Assembly (NCBI GenBank): GCA_008273105.1
Contig: GCA_008273105.1_4080.1
Length of the DNA stretch: 64,000 nt
Source of the DNA: a phage
Strand: one strand, 5' to 3'
How positions within the stretch are numbered: position 1 is the first letter of the stretch; each line of letters opens with the position of its first letter. The position numbers and the translations under genes are program-made. Shown here piece after piece: positions 17,182 through 25,794 of the stretch. The notes under the pieces are model-generated. The model made no database searches. It worked only from the letters and a program-made list of their open reading frames with translations, and was not told the DNA's origin.

Positions 17182-17829
17182 CTACTTTTTTGATTTATGT
17201 AATGCAATTTGTACTCGCGTAATGAACTCACGCTCTACTTCATCTGAATTAACACCATCGTATTGTGTTTTGAATAGTTCCATAGCTTTGATAGCCATTT
17301 GCACTGAAATTTCAGTAATACTTTCAGTATTGGTAGTCTCAAATACATTTCTGATGGATAGTTCACCATCATCAGCATGTTCTTGTTGAACCGTGTTGTT
17401 TTGTTCATCAATGTAACGTAAAGCTTTGTACTCTGCTTTTGTTAGATTTTCATACCAACGTGGGTGGTGGAACAAATCATGCATTGTAACTTTTGCTGCT
17501 TCCATGAGAAGTAATAGCTCTTCATTTCTGCGAATATGTTTTTCTTCACCTTTATGATTTTTGTAAGTATATGCACAACGCATAATGGCTAATCGAACTT
17601 CACCTGCTTTGGTGATAGTGTATGAATGTATTGCATTATCATAATCACTTTCCCATTTCTGACCAGCATATTCGTACCAAAGTTCATTAGTTTCCCATTT
17701 AATGAAATCAAATTCTAACAAACTGTCAATCAACTTAGCCAAATTACCACTGTACTCACGGCTAATGATATTGAAACCACCATTGTACTTTGCAAGGTAC
17801 AGAATCTTTTCTTGAGTTACATTTTTCAT
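17182..17829 (-). CDS. hypothetical protein (215 aa)
   Basis: Track ORF; no recognisable motif. Confidence 0.5.
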   Translation of the reverse strand: MKNVTQEKILYLAKYNGGFNIISREYSGNLAKLIDSLLEFDFIKWETNELWYEYAGQKWESDYDNAIHSYTITKAGEVRLAIMRCAYTYKNHKGEEKHIRRNEELLLLMEAAKVTMHDLFHHPRWYENLTKAEYKALRYIDEQNNTVQQEHADDGELSIRNVFETTNTESITEISVQMAIKAMELFKTQYDGVNSDEVEREFITRVQIALHKSKK

Positions 17830-18167
17830 TACATGTAATCCTTGATGTATTTTAGCAGTTTAGATTTCTCTTCGGTACTTAATGATTTCTTGTTCATTAA
17901 GTGTTTCATTTCTTGACGTTCAATTTCTTCACATCTTTTAGATTCAGCTTCAATTCGTGTATTATATTCTTCGTCAGTTTCTTCTCTGGTCCAAATTACA
18001 TTGTATCCATGAAAACCGCCGTAACCACTGTCTGGTGAAAGACTAATGTGACCGTTATATTCAGCACGATACTTATTAAGAGTGTCAATAAAGGTATCAA
18101 TGCCACACGGTTCAATTTCAATATAACCAATCACTACAGTAACGTCAATTTTGTTCATAAAGTTCAC
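17829..18167 (-). CDS. hypothetical protein (112 aa)
   Basis: Track ORF; start/stop overlap with neighbour. Confidence 0.5.
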   Translation of the reverse strand: MNFMNKIDVTVVIGYIEIEPCGIDTFIDTLNKYRAEYNGHISLSPDSGYGGFHGYNVIWTREETDEEYNTRIEAESKRCEEIERQEMKHLMNKKSLSTEEKSKLLKYIKDYM

Positions 18168-18185
18168 CTATAAAATTAGGGAGCA

Positions 18186-18743
18186 TTAGCTCCCTTTGTA
18201 TTGATGTTTACGTTTAGTACTGTATTTCCAGCCAGTACTATGTCTTGTTCTGATATCGTCCCAATACGATGGTAATGAACGCATCTTACGTCTTCCACGT
18301 ATATCAGGTTCCCCCTCATCCTTCAGTACTGCACAAGCCATACGACGCTCTTGTTGTGTCTTAGGACGCTTGTATCGGGAGTGGTTATGTTTGTACATAT
18401 ACGAACGCTTATGTCGCCATTCCGTATCACGAGCTTTACGTTTATGTTCCCAGTACTCATTATAGAGTATCATGTATTCACCCATAAGTAAATCAGGAGA
18501 TACAAGTAATCCTTTTTCAGTACAAAGATAATAACCCACAAACTTTTCTGGAAACATTTCGTAATAGAAACGGTTCTTCCAAAATGTTTCACGATTCTTT
18601 TTGTTGAATTCAGCTAAATCGAATTTCATCTTACTGTGGAAACGGTCTATACCGTCATGTTCCGCAATGTACTCTAACAGATTATCAATAATCTCAACTT
18701 TACCAGAATCGTGATACAACGTAAATGTTTGGTCAAAAAACAT
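18186..18743 (-). CDS. hypothetical protein with highly basic C-terminus (185 aa)
   Basis: Track ORF; C-terminal R/K-rich tail (KRPKTQQERR...RGRRKMR...KRKHQYKGS). Confidence 0.5.
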   Translation of the reverse strand: MFFDQTFTLYHDSGKVEIIDNLLEYIAEHDGIDRFHSKMKFDLAEFNKKNRETFWKNRFYYEMFPEKFVGYYLCTEKGLLVSPDLLMGEYMILYNEYWEHKRKARDTEWRHKRSYMYKHNHSRYKRPKTQQERRMACAVLKDEGEPDIRGRRKMRSLPSYWDDIRTRHSTGWKYSTKRKHQYKGS

Positions 18744-18839
18744 ATGAAATCTCCTTTAAGTTAAAATAACCTAATGGAAAGTCATTCTTCCTTTAATACA
18801 TGTTCTCATGATTTGTTCCTTTTGTCAAGATATAGATAT

Positions 18840-18866
18840 AAAAAATCCCTGCCAACAGACAGGGAC
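18840..18866 (-). terminator. rho-independent terminator
   Basis: Minus-strand hairpin ccctgtctgttggcaggg followed by ATTTTTT, downstream of the 62-aa basic protein gene. Confidence 0.5.
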
Positions 18867-18969
18867 GAAAAACTGAAATAACACATGGAGTTCTTTTTAA
18901 TTTAATAAAAAGTATTATTATTCTTATAAAAGTATTTATTAAGAACTCCACAATATGTCTTCAAATGAA

Positions 18970-19158
18970 TCAAAAACCTTTCTGAGCTACTAGTTCACGG
19001 TACTGTGCACGAGTTAGTACACCTTGTTTGCGTAGAGCTTGAAGACCGGATAGGGTTTCACTCTTACGTTGTTCGTACATACGTTGTTCTTTAGATTGAA
19101 TAACTTTCTCTTTCTTAACTTTTGCTACTGGTTCTTTTTTCTTAGGTTGTTTAGCCAT
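18970..19158 (-). CDS. small basic protein (62 aa), possibly nucleic-acid binding
   Basis: Lys-rich N-terminus MAKQPKKKEPVAKVKKEK; strong RBS AAGGAGAT upstream. Confidence 0.5.
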   Translation of the reverse strand: MAKQPKKKEPVAKVKKEKVIQSKEQRMYEQRKSETLSGLQALRKQGVLTRAQYRELVAQKGF

Positions 19159-19197
19159 TTTATATCTCCTTCTGTATTATGATAACAACATTATATC

Positions 19198-19220
19198 ATG
19201 TATGGGACATAATGTCCCAT
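19198..19220 (-). promoter_or_regulatory. perfect 11-bp inverted repeat overlapping a promoter-like -35/-10
   Basis: gtatgggacat-a-atgtcccatac palindrome; on the minus strand it is followed by TATAAT with about 17-nt spacing to GGGACA inside the palindrome. Confidence 0.4.
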
Positions 19221-19226
19221 ACAATA

Positions 19227-20666
19227 TTACATATTTTCTTCAGCAAATTCTGCAAGTGGTGAACGAACAACACCTTCTAGTTCGATGACACGACAACCTG
19301 CCCAATCTTTAAACTTCTCAGTTACATATGTCAAACCACTGTTAACAGGACTAATAAACTTACTGTCAATCTGACTCAAGTTACCCATAATTACTACTTT
19401 ACAGTTTAATCCTGCTCGTGTCAAGATTGTTTTAGCTTGTGCAGGTGTAATGTTTTGGAATTCATCAACTACTAGAATAGTGTTGGTGAATGAACGTCCA
19501 CGTACAAAGTTTAGTGCTTTAAATTGAATAACATTACGTTTCATAATCTCTTCAATACTACCTTGAGGGTTAGCATCATCTTTATGAAGAAACTCTAACG
19601 CGTCAATTGCGGCTCCACAGAATGGAATCACTTTTTCTGCTTCTGAACCTGGCAAGAAACCAATATCTTCAAACTGTGAGTCTTGAGTTTTAGAGAAGAT
19701 GATTCGGTCGTATTTACGTTTTTCCAGTACTAATTCTAATGCAGTAGCAATCGTAATTAGTGTTTTACCAGTACCAGCAGAACCTAGCAGTACTGTTAGA
19801 TGTACATCAGGATCGAGAATACTGTTGATGGCGAGTGCTTGTTGGATATTCTTTGCTTTAATATCCCATACTTTAGCACGTAAAGCTACTGATTGTCCAA
19901 TATCTTGGAATACCAAAATATCTTCTGGTGTTAGTGTTCCATCATCTTCCTCAATTGCTGATTGACCTTCGTACACAAATAATACGTCTGCATCATCATA
20001 TAGATAATCACCGATGCATAGATTTTGTGGAAGCAAATGTTCAATCAAGCTTTTAGAAATGTAATGATACAAACGACGACCAACTTGTTCGGATTGAATA
20101 TTAGTATTGGTTAAGTTGCTATATACTTCCCAAAAATTAATTTCCAAATGGTGTTGACCAATGTGAATCAAATCACTATCACCAATAACAATATCATGGC
20201 GATAATCTTGTACCTCGACACCATAACTTAGTGCTTTGATACGCATGTTGATATCACGAGTTACCAGTACTGATTCTGTTGCTAAAGCTACCAGAATGAT
20301 TTTATCATCAGGTACTGTGCTTTTGAGAAGGGTTTGAACTTTCTCTTCTGAACCTTTAGTACGAATTAGTGCTTCAGCTTCTTCGTTTGTAATAACAAAC
20401 AATTTGCTATCAGGATTCATATTGGTATGAACATCAGCAATATTAACACCAGTACTACTAATCTCATCATGTGATGCATCTGCAATAATTGCTTCAATGT
20501 TACGAATAGCAACACGAGCATCGCGTGAAACATCTACATTACGACTCTTAATTGAATCCAATTCTTCCAGTACTGTAAATGGTAGAATGATTGCAGCACC
20601 ATCAAAAGCAATAGATGCATTAGGGTCAGATAGTAGTACGTTTGTGTCAATTGTATATTTTTTCAT
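19227..20666 (-). CDS. phoH: PhoH-like ATPase with N-terminal PIN domain
   Basis: Walker A LLGSAGTGKTLITIA; PIN-like N-terminus (MKKYTIDTNVLLSDPNA...LEELD); 479 aa. Confidence 0.8.
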   Translation of the reverse strand: MKKYTIDTNVLLSDPNASIAFDGAAIILPFTVLEELDSIKSRNVDVSRDARVAIRNIEAIIADASHDEISSTGVNIADVHTNMNPDSKLFVITNEEAEALIRTKGSEEKVQTLLKSTVPDDKIILVALATESVLVTRDINMRIKALSYGVEVQDYRHDIVIGDSDLIHIGQHHLEINFWEVYSNLTNTNIQSEQVGRRLYHYISKSLIEHLLPQNLCIGDYLYDDADVLFVYEGQSAIEEDDGTLTPEDILVFQDIGQSVALRAKVWDIKAKNIQQALAINSILDPDVHLTVLLGSAGTGKTLITIATALELVLEKRKYDRIIFSKTQDSQFEDIGFLPGSEAEKVIPFCGAAIDALEFLHKDDANPQGSIEEIMKRNVIQFKALNFVRGRSFTNTILVVDEFQNITPAQAKTILTRAGLNCKVVIMGNLSQIDSKFISPVNSGLTYVTEKFKDWAGCRVIELEGVVRSPLAEFAEENM

Positions 20667-20726
20667 AAAACATCCTTGAGTTATGAGTACATCCTTGTAC
20701 TCGACTAATGTTATTGACTCGGATTA

Positions 20727-21029
20727 TTACATATTTGGTTCGTATTCAACATAGCAACGTGAACCTCGAACCTTTTCTTCCCAGCACTCCTGGTAAACAA
20801 GTTGACCAATTGAAACTGGTTCTCTTGATAGTCCATTACGTACTTCACCACTTTGGGTTTTATACATAAATGAACATTTGGACTCGCTACATTGTCCTAA
20901 ACTAACAACTTCTGCGGTATTGTAGTGAATGTTGGTACGCTTAGTGTTCTCGTGATACTGTCCGAACCAAAGAACTCCTGCACCTAACAGAACAGTACAA
21001 ATAAGACTTTTGATGTGTGTTTGAATCAT
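20727..21029 (-). CDS. small membrane-anchored Cys-containing protein (100 aa)
   Basis: N-terminal hydrophobic segment LICTVLLGAGVLWF. Confidence 0.45.
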   Translation of the reverse strand: MIQTHIKSLICTVLLGAGVLWFGQYHENTKRTNIHYNTAEVVSLGQCSESKCSFMYKTQSGEVRNGLSREPVSIGQLVYQECWEEKVRGSRCYVEYEPNM

Positions 21030-21346
21030 AATGAGTTAAATCCATTGTTTAAGTATGTTTCAATATTAATTTTACCAACAGGATTACTACTGTGAACAAA
21101 GTACTCAAACGGTTCTTTAATATTATTATCAAACATATAATCAATAAGAAACTTAGCAAAAGAATATCCAGTCTTTTCGTCTTCGCTCACATCACCCAAG
21201 TCATGGTCGAATGATACAAATGCTGGAATTCCATTTTCAATAACATATTCACATGCACTTTTAAAGTCACGACATACCACCATATCTTGGTTTGGATAAT
21301 ATAGATTTGCATCACGAATATCATCCAAAAACATTGAGTAAGACAT
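21026..21346 (-). CDS. hypothetical protein, possibly receiver-fold-like (106 aa)
   Basis: Track ORF co-located with the Sir2-like and Nudix-like genes; contains FDHDLGD and HSSNPVGK; fold assignment speculative. Confidence 0.4.
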   Translation of the reverse strand: MSYSMFLDDIRDANLYYPNQDMVVCRDFKSACEYVIENGIPAFVSFDHDLGDVSEDEKTGYSFAKFLIDYMFDNNIKEPFEYFVHSSNPVGKINIETYLNNGFNSL

Positions 21347-21355
21347 GTTAAACTC

Positions 21356-21907
21356 CTATAGATAACTAATTAGTAAGTTTTCTTTTTGAACCAGATACTC
21401 CAATTCTTGTTTTGCTGTACCGATGAAGTTCTGTGTCATAAGATTATTATATCCCGCTTCTCGATTTTGTCCCTTAGAATAACGCGAAATATGACATAAA
21501 TTTACACCAGCAACTTCTGCACTTGCATGTTTAGCATTAGTGTATCCATCTCTAATGTGTTTCAACTCGTCATAGGTTACTTCATAGCTAAAACTGTGAC
21601 TGTTTGCACCTGGGTAAATTTCAAAAGTTTTGAGTGGTCGAAGATGGGAAACAAAAATATTGTAATCCATTTCTTCTTGAACTTCACGACGCAACGCATC
21701 TTCTAGTGAGATATCAGTACTTTCTACGGTTCCACCACATCCACCAAGAAGACCATCCCATCGTAATTGCAGTAATACTAAATTTACTTCTGGTATATCA
21801 TTCAACTCATAGTTTTTGTAAGGGTTGCATTTTCTTGCAAAGAAATAACAAAATACAAAATTTGCACGTGTGCCATATTCACCAAAGGGAACTTCTTTAA
21901 CACTCAT
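21356..21907 (-). CDS. putative Nudix-family hydrolase (degenerate Nudix box)
   Basis: GGCGGTVE...RREVQEEMDY approximates the G-x5-E-x7-R-E-U-x-E-E-x-G-U box but with a longer spacer and D in place of G. Confidence 0.4.
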   Translation of the reverse strand: MSVKEVPFGEYGTRANFVFCYFFARKCNPYKNYELNDIPEVNLVLLQLRWDGLLGGCGGTVESTDISLEDALRREVQEEMDYNIFVSHLRPLKTFEIYPGANSHSFSYEVTYDELKHIRDGYTNAKHASAEVAGVNLCHISRYSKGQNREAGYNNLMTQNFIGTAKQELEYLVQKENLLISYL

Positions 21908-22662
21908 TTCATACGTTCCTTAATTATAGTCTCTAGATGCGGTATTGCTTTGGTTGCTGGCTTGATAACTTTTTCATTAAACAAAAAATCATTATCATTT
22001 TTACGAATGTTAACATTAACACTATAACATGGTAATGCTGCTGCTAATCTCGACCATACCAGTACTGTATCGCTACTACCAATTACAATAACTGTATCAT
22101 TTTCATTAAGAGATTTCAACACATTATTTCGTTCTTCGTAAATTGGTAAGCGAATACCATCAACATAACGATGATATTCTCCAATCATTACTACATTTGG
22201 TTTGGCAAAAACATCATGTTTTGGTATGTATGGTTCGTATCCGCAGTTAATAACATTATAATCATCAGAATTGATACTATAATTTTCAATAACTTCACAC
22301 AAGTTTCCATGAAGTTTAAGCTCATGACCACCAATACGAGTATAAAGATCGTCCATGTTAGAAGTCATATGAAGGAAGCAATCACCATATTGATCTTCTA
22401 ACGATTTTATAAAATAATGCATTGCATTTGGTTCGCATTGTCCCAATTTTACACGTAATGTATTATAGAAAGAATGAACAACATGATATTTTGTAGTTAA
22501 ACTAGCAATGTTACATACATCATTAATTTTAAATGTATCCCACAAACCATCATCAAATCGAAAAGGTTCCATACCACTTTCAACAGAAAGTCCTGCACCT
22601 GATATAATCAGTAATCGCTTTTTACCTTCATTGCTTATAAATTTTTCTGATATCATATTCAA
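21904..22662 (-). CDS. Sir2-family (sirtuin-like) NAD-dependent protein
   Basis: ISGAGLSVESGMEPFRFDDGLWD matches the GAGIS-x-x-SGIP-x-FR signature; TSNMDDLYTRIGG and LKLHG (candidate catalytic His) in expected order; VVMIGE and IVIGSS blocks. Confidence 0.6.
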   Translation of the reverse strand: MNMISEKFISNEGKKRLLIISGAGLSVESGMEPFRFDDGLWDTFKINDVCNIASLTTKYHVVHSFYNTLRVKLGQCEPNAMHYFIKSLEDQYGDCFLHMTSNMDDLYTRIGGHELKLHGNLCEVIENYSINSDDYNVINCGYEPYIPKHDVFAKPNVVMIGEYHRYVDGIRLPIYEERNNVLKSLNENDTVIVIGSSDTVLVWSRLAAALPCYSVNVNIRKNDNDFLFNEKVIKPATKAIPHLETIIKERMK

Positions 22663-22665
22663 TCC

Positions 22666-22860
22666 TTATAAAAAAACAATTAAATATATTGATAATAACA
22701 GAATGATTCCAATATGATAGGCATACATAAAATTATTATCTTTGTGATAACCATTGGATTTCAAGTCCCTATATAAGCATTTAGCATTGTTATAAATTAC
22801 AACAATAGAAAAAACTATAAAAAAACTCAAAACCCATTCATAAATTGTGTATGCCATCAT
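22666..22860 (-). CDS. small membrane protein (64 aa)
   Basis: Two hydrophobic helices. Confidence 0.4.
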   Translation of the reverse strand: MMAYTIYEWVLSFFIVFSIVVIYNNAKCLYRDLKSNGYHKDNNFMYAYHIGIILLLSIYLIVFL

Positions 22861-22887
22861 CTATTCTCTCTTATAATATTAGTACTT

Positions 22888-23481
22888 TTAATATTTTAAA
22901 ACATCAAACTCTTCGCTTACGCTTGTTACATTATCACTAACAATTTTAAAAATTGATTTGATACGTTCGTGTAGTGGTTTTTTAGATTCGTTCTCAACTT
23001 CAATATATGCTTGCATTGCTGCAATTGCATGATATGTCCCACTACCTACTGCGGTAATTCTTGTTTTAGGTTGTAGTACTGAAAAGTCTTCTTGAACTTC
23101 ATAGATTGTATGATTGTGGAGAATGATAAATTGTCCACCACCTACATCTTGTGATGCATCTCGTGCACCCCATTCTTCTTTAAACATTTGACGAATGATT
23201 GGAATAACTTTAAGAACCAAATATTGTGAAAATGTTTGACTAGCATCTTGTTCAGGTAAATTAAGGTTATAATTTAACAACTGACCCATACGAAATGATG
23301 TAGTATAACCCAATGCCATTACTTCTTTAGTTCTAGTTAGTCCATCATCATGTAACTTGATAAATTCTTTCTCGAATACCTTTGGCTCAGTTTGAACAGT
23401 TTTTGTAAATCCATTGCTTCCTAACTTATCCCCAGCAATAAAAGAACTTACTCCGTCAGTGTGTGCAATAATACAGGTCAT
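22888..23481 (-). CDS. HslV/proteasome-like N-terminal-Thr peptidase (about 197 aa)
   Basis: From internal ATG at 23481 the product begins MTCIIAHTDGVSSFIAGDKLGS (compare HslV TTIVSVRRNGHVVIAGDGQ); C-terminal AVGSGTYHAIAAMQA resembles HslV AIGSGGPYAQAAA; track ORF extends to 23550. Confidence 0.5.
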   Translation of the reverse strand: MTCIIAHTDGVSSFIAGDKLGSNGFTKTVQTEPKVFEKEFIKLHDDGLTRTKEVMALGYTTSFRMGQLLNYNLNLPEQDASQTFSQYLVLKVIPIIRQMFKEEWGARDASQDVGGGQFIILHNHTIYEVQEDFSVLQPKTRITAVGSGTYHAIAAMQAYIEVENESKKPLHERIKSIFKIVSDNVTSVSEEFDVLKY

Positions 23482-23738
23482 AAAATAGCTCCAATTGCAA
23501 ATAATGTTGTGTATAAGATATAAATTAGTGCTCCTAACAACATTAGGCACACCAAGTATGAAGTTGATAGTACATAATAAATTATTGCTTCGAATTTTGA
23601 ATTGAACTTCATTGTAGTTGGATCAATAAAGCCATTACGATAATCTTTGTAAATGAAAACTGTTAGAAAAATAACTGTAGCATACATTACTACAGTAGCA
23701 TAAAAAATAATAGATGTCAAGTTTTGGATGTTTGTCAT
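23478..23738 (-). CDS. small membrane protein (86 aa)
   Basis: Three hydrophobic segments; stop overlaps the HslV-like start (ATGA). Confidence 0.45.
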   Translation of the reverse strand: MTNIQNLTSIIFYATVVMYATVIFLTVFIYKDYRNGFIDPTTMKFNSKFEAIIYYVLSTSYLVCLMLLGALIYILYTTLFAIGAIL

Positions 23739-23808
23739 AGTTATATAATCTCAATATAATTAATAACAAAGGAAGTACATCATAATCATCCTGTTATTTT
23801 AATTATTT

Positions 23809-24432
23809 TTATTGTTTGACTGAACCGTAAAAAACCAGTTCTGGTTTTGTTAATATTACAACATCTTCACCACGAGAACGACTAACTCTAAATAGAACTT
23901 CTGGTGGGATTCCATTTGCTGCATATAGTGAAAAAAGGAAACCTACCTTTGTTGCCATTTCTTCGGTAAAAGTTGATAGCTGTCTTACAGACACAAATGA
24001 ATTATCACCATCAGTAACATTACTTTTAATCGAAATGTTATGAAGACCCAGTACTGAGCGATTTGTCATATATCGCTTTTCGGGAGATACACTAAAGAAT
24101 ACCACAGTACATGCTGAATTGCAATACCTAGAAACAATTAAATTTATCCCATTGTCTCTAACAAAGTTTGCCATTCGAATACCTGCATCAAAATCACCAC
24201 CAGGAGATGTAATTGTGATGGTATCATAGTGTTCTTTATCATACAACTCTATCATTCTCTTGAGTGACCCATCTGTAATATCTGATATGAAATATACATT
24301 TCGGGTTTCAGGATTATACTTTATCACATTTTTACTTTCAATACCAGCACTGGCTGGAAAATTTATTAACAATAGAAACATCGCTGCTTGTATCACTTCA
24401 AGCCATAGTCTTTTCATATAACAAGTCCTCAA
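23809..24432 (-). CDS. signal-peptide-bearing ClpP/SppA-fold protein
   Basis: N-terminal hydrophobic signal (AAMFLLLINFPASAG); ITSPGGDFDAGIRMANF resembles the ClpP/S49 SPGG block; catalytic triad not clearly identifiable. Confidence 0.4.
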   Translation of the reverse strand: MRTCYMKRLWLEVIQAAMFLLLINFPASAGIESKNVIKYNPETRNVYFISDITDGSLKRMIELYDKEHYDTITITSPGGDFDAGIRMANFVRDNGINLIVSRYCNSACTVVFFSVSPEKRYMTNRSVLGLHNISIKSNVTDGDNSFVSVRQLSTFTEEMATKVGFLFSLYAANGIPPEVLFRVSRSRGEDVVILTKPELVFYGSVKQ

Positions 24433-24543
24433 TTTTGTTTAGGAAGATATAAATAATATAGTACTTAAACACTTAAGTCAAACTTTTTCTGTACTTAACT
24501 CAAATTTTTAAAAATAAAACTTAAGGTGTACAGTTTATAACAG

Positions 24544-24572
24544 ATCATATCATACCACTGATGTTTTGTCAA
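24544..24572 (-). promoter_or_regulatory. sigma70-like promoter (TTGACA, 17 nt, TATGAT) on minus strand
   Basis: Read on the minus strand: TTGACA aaacatcagtggtatga TATGAT, about 110 nt upstream of the 23809..24432 gene. Confidence 0.45.
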
Positions 24573-24642
24573 CTAGTTCATGGTGCATCTGATGTAAAAA
24601 ACAAATATATTTCATACTTATATTTAAAAAAGGAAATAAAAT

Positions 24643-25020
24643 ATGAAAGCTATCGCAGCACAAGGTAAACTACCATTCAATATCGGCGGGTTTTGTGTAA
24701 CCGCAGCTAATATAAACGGTGAATTGAAATATAACTTGAACATCTTTAATCAACGTTCTAGTTGTGTTTACGATCTCATTGATACTGATTTTAATGTTTA
24801 TCGTTTTGTAACTATCACTAGTTATGATAAAGATAAAATTAGATTAGATGCATCTAAAACAGCATTGGAAATTGCACCAACTCTAGCCAAAAACACTTTT
24901 TGTATTAAGATTGACGATAGTGCATTTGCCGAATCATTCCAGTTTCATAAAATTAAATTGAGTACTGGTGCGATGAAATATCACCCTTGGGATTTGTATT
25001 ATTGTAACCTCCCTGGTTAA
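24643..25020 (+). CDS. hypothetical protein (125 aa); only convincing plus-strand gene in the window
   Basis: RBS AAAAGGAAAT 6-8 nt before ATG; followed at once by a bidirectional terminator; flanked by a 210-nt divergent intergenic region. Confidence 0.55.
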   Translation: MKAIAAQGKLPFNIGGFCVTAANINGELKYNLNIFNQRSSCVYDLIDTDFNVYRFVTITSYDKDKIRLDASKTALEIAPTLAKNTFCIKIDDSAFAESFQFHKIKLSTGAMKYHPWDLYYCNLPG

Positions 25021-25021
25021 C

Positions 25022-25051
25022 AAAAAAGGAGCCATACGGCTCCTTTTTTTA
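25022..25051. terminator. bidirectional rho-independent terminator
   Basis: aggagccatacggctcct hairpin flanked by A6 on one side and T7 on the other. Confidence 0.6.
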
Positions 25052-25306
25052 TTCTACAGTATTAAGCTTCTGACAAATCATATCAGCTTCTACTCGGTCT
25101 TTATAATAAATGGTAAATCCAAATCTACTTGTTACCCTTTTCTCACTACGGTGTATACAGTTTACAATATAGTACTTATTATTTTGTGCAGAAAAACGAA
25201 CTTCATAATTTCGAAAAGAAGTATTAGGTTCATCCATAGCAACTATATATAACATAAAAATGAAAAACACTGTTATTAGAAAAGCAATAATAATTATTAC
25301 TGTCAT
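25049..25306 (-). CDS. small membrane protein (85 aa)
   Basis: N-terminal hydrophobic helix MTVIIIIAFLITVFFIFMLYIVA. Confidence 0.45.
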   Translation of the reverse strand: MTVIIIIAFLITVFFIFMLYIVAMDEPNTSFRNYEVRFSAQNNKYYIVNCIHRSEKRVTSRFGFTIYYKDRVEADMICQKLNTVE

Positions 25307-25794
25307 TTATCAAGACCCTTATCATAAATGCAATTAACAATAATTCCAGCATCTTCCAGTACTTTAATAGCTTCTGGTGGTGTACGAGGATAATTTTTGA
25401 GATAAATTACACGTGAAATCCCACTACCTGCGATCAACTTAGAACAAGTATAACATGGTTGTAGTGTTGTGTAAAGAGTAGCACCTTGACGTTCAGTAGG
25501 AGAACTATAGAGTAAAGCGTTCATTTCAGCATGGATTTCATGAATATTACTCCACTCATGATGTTCATGCTTTGCTTCATCACTAACCCAGTCTTGAAAA
25601 CACCCATCATTGACTAAGTGTTGATTCACGTCACAACAATTTGGTTGTTTTGATGGAGTACCATTGTAACCAGTACTCAATACTCGGTTATTTTTAACAA
25701 TAACACAACCAACTTTTTGTGAAATACATTTACTTTCCTCAGCAACTACTTCTGCTATCTTCAACCAAGTCGTATGTTTCATTATAAGCTCCAA
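25303..25794 (-). CDS. cd: dCMP deaminase
   Basis: HAEMNALL and PCYTCSKLIAGSGI zinc-binding motifs typical of deoxycytidylate deaminase; 163 aa. Confidence 0.75.
   Translation of the reverse strand: MELIMKHTTWLKIAEVVAEESKCISQKVGCVIVKNNRVLSTGYNGTPSKQPNCCDVNQHLVNDGCFQDWVSDEAKHEHHEWSNIHEIHAEMNALLYSSPTERQGATLYTTLQPCYTCSKLIAGSGISRVIYLKNYPRTPPEAIKVLEDAGIIVNCIYDKGLDK

Noticed and set aside
20684-20701. 7-bp inverted repeat (gagtaca ... tgtactc) just upstream of phoH as a terminator
   Set aside because: Short stem, no T-run, and it overlaps the phoH ribosome-binding region; more likely a translational or mRNA-stability element or chance, and too weak to annotate.
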